Part shown: piece after piece, positions 26,504 to 35,364 of the stretch
Layout: each line of letters begins with the position of its first letter
Numbering within the stretch: position 1 is the stretch's first letter
Source of the DNA: Acidimicrobiales bacterium
Lineage (GTDB): Bacteria > Actinomycetota > Acidimicrobiia > Acidimicrobiales > Bog-793
DNA length: 40,955 nt
Assembly: GCA_035533675.1 (NCBI GenBank)
Contig: DATLTI010000322.1
Location: 1 to 40,955 of the forward strand
Reading direction: 5' to 3'
Program-made: the position numbers and the translations under genes
Notes under the pieces: model-generated
Seen by the model: the letters and a program-made list of their open reading frames with translations, nothing else
Database searches by the model: none
What the model was told of the DNA's origin: nothing

Positions 26504-26556
26504 TTGTGGAGGTGAGCGGACTCGAACCGCCGACTTCCACGTTGCGAAAATGGATT
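26504..26556 (-). repeat. Copy C of the tRNA-Ala(CGC) 3'-half-like repeat
   Basis: 51/51 identical to copy B, but ends ...CACCTCCACAA. Confidence 0.8.
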
Positions 26557-27035
26557 CGGGTTACTTCGTAAACTGGAGTTTCGCGGTTCAACCGTCTTCG
26601 AGGCCTGAATCCAGACGACATCACACGACAGAGGATTGAACCACAAATCACTTCCGACACACCGGTTCACGCCTGTGACGCGCCCGACTTTACGGCCGAT
26701 CAACCGGCGCATCATATTGATTGTCGCATCCATTACACGCCTGGTAATCGATATATTTACGCGAGAGGCGTCAACGCCTCATCCTTAGGACACCACATCT
26801 CGAAGTATTTCAGTGTGCCACCTGAAGCAACAGGTGAGACTGCTATCTTGTCCAACCCAATTCCGTAAACCACGGCGAACACCGCCGAATCTGGATCGGT
26901 CTAGGCAGAGATCATCCCTCCACTGGTTAGAAACACTGATCCCAATTCACCAGTCGTACCTTTAACTTTGATGCAGGCGTCTATCGACCGGGTCGCGAGG
27001 GCTTCCCGGCGCACTCTCTGGCTCACCAAATCAAT

Positions 27036-28265
27036 CTACGAGTTCGACGAGTATGCAGTCTCACCGTGATGACTGAGGTCCAATCCGCGATATTCGTCCT
27101 CAGGGGTGACGCGAAGACCAACAAACCGGTCGACAAATTTCGCGATCGCATAGGAGACCCCAAAGGAGTACGCGACCGTTACGACGACTGCGAGAAGCTC
27201 TAGACCAAAGAGTCGACCTCCCCCGAAAAAGAGGCCATTGCTTGCCGAAGCATTGACAGAGTGTTCGGCGAAACACCCAAGCAGCACCATTCCTGCCACT
27301 CCACCAATTCCGTGGATTGCAAGCACGTCGAGCGAATCGTCATATCCGTACCGGAATTTCCATCGTACGGCCATCGCGCAGACAACTCCGGCGGCAGCGC
27401 CAATCAACAGCGCGGGCATCGGGCCGACAAAACCCGCGCACGGAGTAATCGCAACCATTCCCGCGACCGCTCCGGAGACCGCTCCCAGCGCAGTAGCGAC
27501 ACGATCCTTTGCACCTTCAAAGATCATCCAGCCAAGAAGGCCGGCCGCTGCGGCGAGCTGGGTATTGATAAACGCATGCACCGCTGTTTCATTTGCGCCA
27601 AGCGCAGAACCCGCATTGAAGCCGAACCATCCAAACCACAAGATTCCCGCACCGATGATGCTCAGGGGAATCGAGTGAGGTGGCATTGACTCTTTAGGCC
27701 AACCGCTTCGTCGACCAAGCACAAGCACAAGAGCAAGCGTTGAGAAGCCCGAGTTGATCTCGACAACGGTCCCTCCCGCGAAGTCAATCACGCCAAGATG
27801 AGCAAGCCAACCGACCGGGCTGAACACCCAGTGTGCAATCGGTGAATAGACGAGCAACGTCCAGAGCACGATGAACACCGCAAAGCCCTTAAATCGCATC
27901 CGCTCTGCGACTCCACCGACAATCAATGCCGCCGTGATAATGACAAACATCATCTGAAAGATCATCACCGATCCCGACGAGACTGCGAGATGAGAGAACC
28001 CCGGCAAATTATGGGTCATCCCTCGGAGTCCTAGGAACCCGAGATTCCCGATCAGTCCATCGCCTGCGTCGGTTGAGAACACAAGGCTGAAACCAATGAC
28101 GGCCCATAGCACGGTGACGATGCCCATGACGAAAAAGGTTTGAACCATGATCGAAAGCACGTTCTTCGATCGGACCATCCCCGAATAGAAGAGTGCAAGG
28201 CCCGGAGTCATGAACAACACCAATGCCGCGCTGACGAGAACCCAGGCAGTGTCTCCCGCGTTCAT
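27036..28265 (-). CDS. amt: Ammonium transporter (Amt/MEP family)
   Basis: 409 aa: MNAGDTAWVLVSAALVLFMTPGLALFYSGMVRSKNV...DFAGGTVVEINSG...ITPCAGFVGP...DDSLDVLAIHGIGG. All hallmark Amt motifs are present. Confidence 0.95.
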   Translation of the reverse strand: MNAGDTAWVLVSAALVLFMTPGLALFYSGMVRSKNVLSIMVQTFFVMGIVTVLWAVIGFSLVFSTDAGDGLIGNLGFLGLRGMTHNLPGFSHLAVSSGSVMIFQMMFVIITAALIVGGVAERMRFKGFAVFIVLWTLLVYSPIAHWVFSPVGWLAHLGVIDFAGGTVVEINSGFSTLALVLVLGRRSGWPKESMPPHSIPLSIIGAGILWFGWFGFNAGSALGANETAVHAFINTQLAAAAGLLGWMIFEGAKDRVATALGAVSGAVAGMVAITPCAGFVGPMPALLIGAAAGVVCAMAVRWKFRYGYDDSLDVLAIHGIGGVAGMVLLGCFAEHSVNASASNGLFFGGGRLFGLELLAVVVTVAYSFGVSYAIAKFVDRFVGLRVTPEDEYRGLDLSHHGETAYSSNS

Positions 28266-28422
28266 GTTCCCCCCAATCTCTGATCGTCATGCAAACAACA
28301 ACGCGCCCAACGATGACGCGAGACGGGCGCGACCGTCGCTCAATCAGCAGACAGTGTCGCTTGGTGGCGACACAGAATGGACGGTGCAGTGTATCGCGCA
28401 CCTCAACCGCAACCATGGGGAA

Positions 28423-29070
28423 TCACCTGTGAAAGCACGATGTCTGATCCGGCGATCCCCGAAAGATGTGACCACAAAGGGCCCAATGGGAAAAAACGCT
28501 TCCGGACCACGGAGCATTCTGACGCGAGTGCGAACTCGTGGGTAACCTTCGCGGGCCCCAGGACGGGAGTACCGCATAGACGTATTCGAGAAATCGCCCC
28601 TCAAGGAGCACGACAGCCGCCGACGACGCTTGCTCACGGCGTTCAAGGGCTCGCAGGTGGAACTAGAGGCTCGGGCCACCGAATATCTCAACCTGTTCAA
28701 ACGTCCGAAGACTGTCATTGAAGCTGGCAATCAGCGCATCGACGTTCTTCCTCGCTATATCCGTCCGGGTAATTCTCCGGCGTGGAATTGAGCTGACTGG
28801 CACGATCGAGGGCGCAGGCATTACCACAGACGATTCGTCGGCAAGTCGATACAGACCTCTGGAGACCCGTAGCAAGCCCGGGTACATCCCTGCTGATGCT
28901 CCTCCAGCATTGATGCACATGTAGTTCATGATGTGAGTTCAAAGCGTCGAGCCACGGCAGAGGCAGCCCAACTTGCGGGCCTCGTCAATTAGCTCGATGG
29001 GAGAAAACGGCACCTGACCCTGATCGGTCAGTGCGGCGGCTGCCCGATTTATGTCCTCACGCGCGCTCAT
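28423..29070 (-). pseudogene. HARE-HTH-like / unknown-function gene with two in-frame stop codons (TGA 28939-28941, TAG 28660-28662)
   Basis: A single frame from the ATG at 29070 (GCGGAG RBS) reads MSAREDINRAAAALTDQGQVPFSPIELIDEARKLGCLCRGSTL*THIMNYMCINAGGASAGMYPGLLRVSRGLYRLADES...FEQVEIFGGPSL*FHLRALERRE...LEYVYAVLPSWG.... The ORF-track pieces 28663..28929 and 28423..28611 share this frame. Confidence 0.45.
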
Positions 29071-29799
29071 TGCCGCAGTACTCCGCTGGAAGTTGATGAA
29101 CTCACGAGGGCAACGAGAACAAACCTACTCTTGGCGCCAACCGAGACAGATCAAGTCTCCGCAGGCTGCCTTTGGCTCTATCGCACCTCCTCGGTAGGTC
29201 TTAGCGGCCATTGAGGTTTGTTTTGGCGTCTTTCGTAGCGTCCGTGGAACTGGAAACCGAACCCGCTAGCTCGGACACCCGAGTCTGAGACGCGCAATGC
29301 CTTGAGGGGGAGTCCACGACGTCAATGGTGAAGCCACTGCTGTTTCGATGCTGTGCTCTTGAATTCGCCCGATTGAAGGAGCGACCGCAGACTGATCGAT
29401 GCCGTCTTTGACATTGCAGACTCAGATGCGAAGATACGGCACACGTCAATTAAACAACTGGGATCAGTTCGAGTAGAGGTGCTGAATTTCCTAGGCGCGG
29501 CCGGTGTTGGCCGTCCGACGCGTAACACCCAGAATGCCGGGACCAAGGCGGGCCAGAACGTTCAGGGGATCCACCTCGCAGACCAGTCCGGACGCGCCCC
29601 GAGTCAGCGATCTGCTTTGGTCGTGCGATGGGGCGCGGTTCCACGCACCCCGCTCTTATCCGAAGTGCCGCAAAAACGGCCCGTAGTCCAATGACCGCTG
29701 AATGATGCCGAGTTACGCGTCTCCACTGAGCAGCAGATTGGTTCCCATGTCCCGAAACGTCGGATGACTGACGCGGATATCGCGACGTTAATCGTCTAA

Positions 29800-30123
29800 C
29801 TACGAGCGCTCTCGTTCATCTTCGATCTCACGAATCATGAGCTTTCTGGCCTCAACGAGGGCTCGGTCGAGATCGGGATCATTGAAATGCACAAAGAGCG
29901 AGGGCCAGTGCGGTAGCCAGATTTCAAGCGTGACGCGCTGCTCGAGACTTTCTCGGTGTTTGACCGACAGTCGGATGTCGACCTGTTCGGGGTTCCAGCG
30001 GGCCAGGTGGCGGTCGAGAGCGGTCAAGGCGGAAAAGACTCGCTCCCGATCGGCGTCTTGAAAACCGGGCCCAAGGCGTAGTCGTTGTTCAAGCGTCCCA
30101 GGGTCTTGGTCGCTACTTCTCAT
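29800..30123 (-). CDS. HPF/RaiA (S30EA)-like ribosome-associated protein (tentative)
   Basis: 107 aa with a strong AGGAGTAGGA RBS. VDIRLSVKHRESLEQRVTLEIWLPHWPSLFVHFNDPDLDRALVEARKLMIREI resembles the beta-alpha-beta-beta-beta-alpha core of short HPF-like proteins. Confidence 0.45.
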   Translation of the reverse strand: MRSSDQDPGTLEQRLRLGPGFQDADRERVFSALTALDRHLARWNPEQVDIRLSVKHRESLEQRVTLEIWLPHWPSLFVHFNDPDLDRALVEARKLMIREIEDERERS

Positions 30124-30468
30124 TCCTACTCCTATTGTCTCTGAGCCGAACTCGGCAAAGCGGAATTGAAGGAAAGCTCGATTCTGACCTAATTCGACCG
30201 CTCACGATTTTTTGTTCGCTGGCTTGACGATGACTTTCATCCTCTAGGGCCAAACGCATCGAGGTTTCAAGTAATCTTCGCATTCTTGTTGTCATCTGAC
30301 CGATGCTGACGCAAGAGTTTGGAATCGATATGGAAAAGAGCAGTCAGTAATTGCTATCACCTGTTCCAAGAAAATCACCCACGCTTTCAGCGAAATTGTG
30401 ACTCCGAGCCCAAGTGACCTGTTGAGAACTAATTCAACTCTCGCTCTCGCTCTCTTTACAACCCTCAG

Positions 30469-30675
30469 CTACTCCTCTTTAGCAGACAGAGCTTCGGGGT
30501 CGTCTAGCAATACACCAGCCTCGGCTGCCTCAATTACATCGATTGGAAGTTGGTCCCCTTCTTGTTCGTCATCAAAATCGATCTCACTGTCGTGCGGAGC
30601 GATTTGCGCAGCGTCCTCTGGCTCTAACGGATCTGGTTGCTCGACAACTGGCAAATCATCGTAGGGATCGGTCAT
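30469..30675 (-). CDS. Small highly acidic protein (DUF5709-like C-terminus EAAEAGVLLDDPE)
   Basis: ORF 30469..30693. The ATG at 30675 follows a perfect AAGGAG. 68 aa, about 40% Asp/Glu. Confidence 0.5.
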   Translation of the reverse strand: MTDPYDDLPVVEQPDPLEPEDAAQIAPHDSEIDFDDEQEGDQLPIDVIEAAEAGVLLDDPEALSAKEE

Positions 30676-31259
30676 TGTGCTCCTTCTCTTCACCCCTGTT
30701 TATCGCATCCCGACTTCGACAACTACACCCCCCAAATAGTCCAACGAAATTCGCAGTGTTCATCTTTTGGGTCTTCCATGGAATTAGGCCTAGGCGCTCG
30801 ACCTCAAGGGTGTTATCAGGCATTCAATTTTCTGCGGCACTATGCGGTCCTTGCCTGGGATCCATTCCGTAACTTTCGATTAATGGCTCTTCGGATCTCA
30901 ATGGGGTATGACCTTCGCGAGTAGGACCCAATGTGATTTTTCGGCATAGACAAGTGACCGGATCCGATAGTTGCGAAAGCTAGTGCAACAAAATGCTGCA
31001 CGCTCGACGCGTTTGATGAGAATGACAGCCTCGGTCGGACCGTTGCTGACATGGGCCCTGTGCCAGACGGCAATCCCTTCTCATCGAACCTTGCGACGTG
31101 CGGGCGAGACCAAATCTTCAAAGCCTTCGTACTCGTCTTCAACGAAACGGACTCGAAGTCGCAGTGGACGGCGCGTCCCGAGATGAAAGGGAGTCTGCTC
31201 ACAATTACCAAAACCAAGAGCGAAGTTCGTCCGCGAGACTGTCCCCATCGAACTTGCCA

Positions 31260-33662
31260 CTAAAGAATTCCGCGACGCTGGAGTACCAAGAACGAGAGCC
31301 AACCTGCAGGGATGGGCAACCAAAAGGTAGCGATACGAAATATCAGTACTGAAGGGATTGCTTCGTGTGCAGGAATGCCGATCGCGGTAAGGCCCGCGAC
31401 AAGCACCGCCTCCACTGCACCAAGGCCTCCAGGCGTCGGCGCAGCAGATCCAACGGCGTTGCCAGCAAGGTAGACGACTCCGGCAGGGATTATCGCCGGA
31501 TGGGCTCCGAGCGCGCGAAGTGCGGCGATGAACGCAACGAGGTAGCCAAATGTGAGCAAGAGATTGGCCCCGGTTCCAACAGCAAGTCGAAGCGGTTGGG
31601 ATACCGCATCAAGGAGTCGCGGCCAGAAACTTCGCAAACGTGGTAGTACGTGGTGATTCAACTTTGCTCGAGTTTGTGGCACAAGGAGCAGAATTCCACC
31701 AAGGGCAACGATCGTTGCGACTCCAGTGAGTAAATCCGAACTCGGCACGATCTTGAAGCGGCTAATCCCTGAGCCAGTCAGTAATCCAAAAGTGATCAAC
31801 AGCAACACCGTCGTGACGACATTCACGATCTGCGATACCGCAACGGCGGCAGCGATGGACCCCTCGTCAACATCTTGACGAGCCAGGTACCGAGCATTGA
31901 CGGCAATATGTCCAACCGTAGGAGGCATGGCGATCCCGACGAAGGCCGTTGAAAGTTGAACAAAAAAGCCACGAATGAGGGAAAGCCGCTTCGGAACAAA
32001 TGCGGCCAGATTCTCCGCGGCTGCGAAGTAGGTGAGTGCCGAACCAAGGATCGCAATCGCGAACCAGCCAAAATTGGTATGTCGAAGCGCCCCAAGAAGA
32101 TTGATCCTTGAGAGTTGACCAATGACCAGAAAAGCTGCAATCGTCAGAGCAACCGTGCTTGCAACGGTGCGCCATCGAAATCGCTCGAGTCGAGTGATGC
32201 GTTCGGTGATGTTCGTGCCGACCAGCTCACGGCGAACTTCGCTGATACATCCACGGGCTTCACGCATCGCCGACCAGCCCCAGGGTGCGAGCGCGATTGG
32301 CTGGAGGATAGCAGCGATGGCAGATTCATCGTTTGGTTGGTAGCCATTGCGGAGCGCTTGCACTGCCGTCGGCGCCCCAACGGCGCGGGCAAGTGTGGTG
32401 AGCAGTTGTGTGACATCGAGGCGACGAACAAGCTCACCTGCTCCGGGAAGCGCGGCATTGAGCGACGAGAACCCGGCGGCGCCGTGCCCTATGAGCAAAT
32501 TTCCTGGTCGCAAGTCCCGATGAGCGACGCCTGCGTCATGAAGTCCGCGCAGTGCGTGGAACAGCACATTTGCGCCCTCTGCATCTTCGCCGCCGATGAA
32601 TGTCTCCCCACGCGGTTTCGCTATCACGAGAACGAGCGTTTCTGGTGGCACTTCATTCAATAAAAGGACCGAAGGACTCAGTAATCCCGCGCCATTGGCG
32701 AGATAACTCGCGAGCGCGAGTTGCTCGAGCTGAGAGCGAGAACTCAACGCCGCATGACCGGCAACCATTGGTCGGAGACGAACGATCGCCCACACTCGTC
32801 GCATCAACCCTGCTCCGCGAGTGTCGCGATTCGCCATCCGCACTTCGATTTCCGTCCCATCATCGAGGGTTCCGTTAAGACGAGCGTGTCGTCGGTGATC
32901 GACGCTCTCAAGATGGTGGACTGGGACTTGGTGGGACAAAAGCCATGATTTGATATCAGTCGTGCTCGGCTGCTCCGATGCTGCCCCGAGGAACCAGCGC
33001 ACGAGCCAGCCAAAAAAGAGCGCTGCCAGTAATGCGACAGCCATCGCAAATGGCGTGAGCGCGTTGACAGCAAGGCCAGCGAGCAATAGCGCGGCCGCAG
33101 CGAGCACACACCAACGCAACCAGCGTGAGCGCCGAACGAGATCACTAGCGACGAGGAACGCAATGAAAGTAGTGACGACAATGAAGGTCGATGGATTCTT
33201 GTTATTGAGGACGGCCCGAGCGACTGAGCCCCGCTCGGCATGCCACGCGATCGATGAAGCGGTCGTCGCCAAGGCGGCGGCACCAGCGGCGGCGCCCGCG
33301 TTCAGCGCACCGCGGCGTTCGCTTCGCAAGAGAACTACCAGGGCGACCACGACGAGAGCGAGACCACCGATCGCGGCGACTACTTCGGCACTGGATGATA
33401 ACCAGCGCGGGATGTGGAGTAGCCAACGCGTGACCTCGCTCGAGAGCTCCGTGCTGCCAATTGGAAGCGTGCGGATAAGACCGAACACCATCGCGATCAG
33501 CCCCAGCGCGAACAATGCGAGTAATAAATCTGCGGGGCGGCGGACCCTTTCGAAACGTTTCGATCGTCGCTGCGTGCGATTTATCTCGACTTTTGGTTCA
33601 TCGCCAGCTCCCTGCTGTGCCCTCTCGAACTGTTGAGGGCGCTCACTCCCGCGCGCATTCAT
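31260..33662 (-). CDS. Large membrane protein: N-terminal TM block + protein-kinase-like domain (HRDLRPGNLL) + C-terminal UPF0104 / lysyl-PG-synthase-type flippase-like TM domain
   Basis: ORF 31260..33833. The start MNARGSERPQQ at 33662 follows AGGGGT and avoids overlap with the divergent gene. The kinase-like catalytic loop is LHDAGVAHRDLRPGNLLI. The C-terminal region ...AAPTPGGLGAVEAVLVAGLTAIGIPAHEAIPSVLIFRIATFWLPIPAGW is typical of PF03706. Confidence 0.8.
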   Translation of the reverse strand: MNARGSERPQQFERAQQGAGDEPKVEINRTQRRSKRFERVRRPADLLLALFALGLIAMVFGLIRTLPIGSTELSSEVTRWLLHIPRWLSSSAEVVAAIGGLALVVVALVVLLRSERRGALNAGAAAGAAALATTASSIAWHAERGSVARAVLNNKNPSTFIVVTTFIAFLVASDLVRRSRWLRWCVLAAAALLLAGLAVNALTPFAMAVALLAALFFGWLVRWFLGAASEQPSTTDIKSWLLSHQVPVHHLESVDHRRHARLNGTLDDGTEIEVRMANRDTRGAGLMRRVWAIVRLRPMVAGHAALSSRSQLEQLALASYLANGAGLLSPSVLLLNEVPPETLVLVIAKPRGETFIGGEDAEGANVLFHALRGLHDAGVAHRDLRPGNLLIGHGAAGFSSLNAALPGAGELVRRLDVTQLLTTLARAVGAPTAVQALRNGYQPNDESAIAAILQPIALAPWGWSAMREARGCISEVRRELVGTNITERITRLERFRWRTVASTVALTIAAFLVIGQLSRINLLGALRHTNFGWFAIAILGSALTYFAAAENLAAFVPKRLSLIRGFFVQLSTAFVGIAMPPTVGHIAVNARYLARQDVDEGSIAAAVAVSQIVNVVTTVLLLITFGLLTGSGISRFKIVPSSDLLTGVATIVALGGILLLVPQTRAKLNHHVLPRLRSFWPRLLDAVSQPLRLAVGTGANLLLTFGYLVAFIAALRALGAHPAIIPAGVVYLAGNAVGSAAPTPGGLGAVEAVLVAGLTAIGIPAHEAIPSVLIFRIATFWLPIPAGWLSFLVLQRRGIL

Positions 33663-33713
33663 ACCCCTAATGTTTATCTCACCGCACAACCGAACCATTC
33701 CAAGGTCAGTAGC

Positions 33714-33738
33714 CTGTCGTCTGTTAACCAGATGACAG
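33714..33738. promoter_or_regulatory. Imperfect palindrome centred on GTTAAC in the divergent intergenic region
   Basis: ctgtcgtctgttaaccagatgacag has arms that match 11/13 with one gap. Confidence 0.3.
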
Positions 33739-33796
33739 ATCGAGTAGGGATTCACTGTGCTCGCAGATCGAGCAGTAGACATCGAGGGGGTAGGCG

Positions 33797-34951
33797 ATGG
33801 GTTCCGATGACGACGGAGAGGGCAAAGAAGCACCTCAGGACGAGGACCTACCTCCTAATATTCTGATTCTCCCCGCATCCGTAGAGCGAGAACTCGATGA
33901 ATCCGACGAGTCGCTGGGCGCTCTCGGGCGACCATTCGATCATCGAGCGCCGTTTTTCCTCGGTCTATTTGGCGCGCTAGGAGTGGCCGTTGCCTACGTC
34001 ATCGCGCGGGGCATTGCCGATATCACGACGGTCCTCGTCATTATCGGACTGGCCCTATTCATCGCGATTGGCCTCAACCCGATCCTCGAGTTCCTCATCC
34101 ACCACGGTCGTTCGCGGGGATTCGCGGTCGGTGTGGTCACCCTTGGTTTCCTCGCTGTCATCGCGGTGTTCGTTTTCGCCGCGGTATCGCCCATATCTCA
34201 CGAGATTCAAAGCCTCGTAAAAAACTATCCCCACTACAAAGCCAATACCGCGGCGGGAAAGGGTTGGGCGGGAAAGCTGGCGGTCAAGCTGCATCTGACG
34301 GGTTATCTCAAGGGTAAAACGAAAATCAAAATCCCCGTCGGCGGTGTGCTCGGAGCAGGAAAGCTACTTCTTTCGCTCGGCGTCGCGACGATCAGTGTCG
34401 CTGCGCTAACAATCTACTTTTTGATTGCGCTTCCCGGTGTAAAAAAACTCTGGCTCTCACTCATTCCTCGCAGCCGCCGCGAGCGCACCGCACTTTTGAC
34501 CGATGAGGTTTTCAGCCGTGTTGGCGGCTTCATGCTTGGGAACCTTTTGACGTCACTGATCGCGGGAATTGGAACCTACATCTGGCTTCTGATTTTCGGC
34601 GTTCCCTATGCGATTCTGCTCGCGCTCATCGTCGCACTCTTCGATCTCATCCCAATGGTGGGATCCACGGTTGCCGGCATCATTGTGGCGCTCGTTGCGC
34701 TGACCAAAGGTATCCCGATCGGTGTCGAGACACTTGCGTTTTACATCGTCTATCGCTACCTCGAGGACTATCTTCTGAACCCGCGTGTGATGAAACATAC
34801 GGTCAAAGTAACGCCGGGATTGGTCATCATTGCCACTTTGATCGGCGGCACTCTCCTCGGCCTAATTGGAGCATTAGTCGCCATTCCCGTCGCGGCGACG
34901 ATCCATCTGCTTCTCGAAGAGGTCGCCATTCCTCGTCAGAATCAGCGCTAG
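33797..34951 (+). CDS. AI-2E family transporter (PerM/UPF0118)
   Basis: 384 aa with 8 TM. ...IGLNPILEFLIHHGRSRGFAVGVV... and the C-terminal block LIPMVGSTVAGIIVALVAL...LEDYLLNPRVM...LIGGTLLGLIGALVAIP are typical. Confidence 0.9.
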   Translation: MGSDDDGEGKEAPQDEDLPPNILILPASVERELDESDESLGALGRPFDHRAPFFLGLFGALGVAVAYVIARGIADITTVLVIIGLALFIAIGLNPILEFLIHHGRSRGFAVGVVTLGFLAVIAVFVFAAVSPISHEIQSLVKNYPHYKANTAAGKGWAGKLAVKLHLTGYLKGKTKIKIPVGGVLGAGKLLLSLGVATISVAALTIYFLIALPGVKKLWLSLIPRSRRERTALLTDEVFSRVGGFMLGNLLTSLIAGIGTYIWLLIFGVPYAILLALIVALFDLIPMVGSTVAGIIVALVALTKGIPIGVETLAFYIVYRYLEDYLLNPRVMKHTVKVTPGLVIIATLIGGTLLGLIGALVAIPVAATIHLLLEEVAIPRQNQR

Positions 34952-35027
34952 GTGAAAGGTGCCAGCGCGAAGACGACGCTCTGGGCAGCCCACTCTTGGT
35001 CGAGTCCAGACCTGTGGTGTATGACGA

Positions 35028-35340
35028 CTACCACACTAACCGTGAATCTCGGTTCTCACTGACGGCCTCCAGCTCCTCCGTCGTGCCCACCTCCTTCGCG
35101 TCGATGGCACCACCGGCGAAGGCCCTCGCGCAAGGATCATCGCAGTCGTGCTGTTCGGCAAGCACGGCACCGACGAGGCGGATGCAGGCTGCGCGGTTCG
35201 GGAAGATCCCGACGACGTCGGTGCGGCTGCGGATCTCCCGGTTCAGCCGCTCCTGGGGATTGTTGCTCCATATCTGGCGCCAGTGCTCGGGTGGGAACGC
35301 GCTGAACGCCAACAGGTCCCCCCGGCGTCTGTAAGGAGCT
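35028..35340 (-). mobile_element. IS256-family transposase, C-terminal fragment only (about 100 codons)
   Basis: [59 protein letters not shown] is the conserved C-terminal block of IS256/mutator-type transposases. The upstream part of ORF 35028..35669 is unrelated antisense sequence. Confidence 0.8.
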
Positions 35341-35364
35341 CGGCGAGGCGGGGAACTGGCTCTA

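Noticed and set aside
14169-29070. Recurrent in-frame TGA codons (wHTH gene, HARE-HTH-like gene, 18774-18779 between two ORFs) as a hint of TGA recoding or an alternative genetic code.
   Set aside because: TGA clearly terminates well-supported genes here, including the giant protein, 1648..2256 with its TGATG coupling, and the ATGA junctions. TAG stops and frameshifts accompany the TGA codons in the same genes. Ordinary pseudogenisation or operon spacing explains them.
29460-29747. Minus-strand frame MGTNLLLSGDA*LGIIQRSLDYGPFLRHFG*ERGAW...LVCEVDPLNVLARLGPGILGVTRRTANTGRA* with three in-frame stops as another pseudogene.
   Set aside because: I recognise no family. In GC-rich DNA long frames with few stops arise by chance, so this is insufficient evidence.
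30840-31323. ORFs 31081..31323 and 30840..31217 (minus) downstream of the kinase-like gene as a frameshifted PPOX-like gene (..RLRVRFVEDEYEGFEDLV.. / ..EAVILIKRVE..).
   Set aside because: The resemblance to pyridoxamine-phosphate-oxidase-family C-termini is vague, and the combined length is too short. It cannot be supported without a search.
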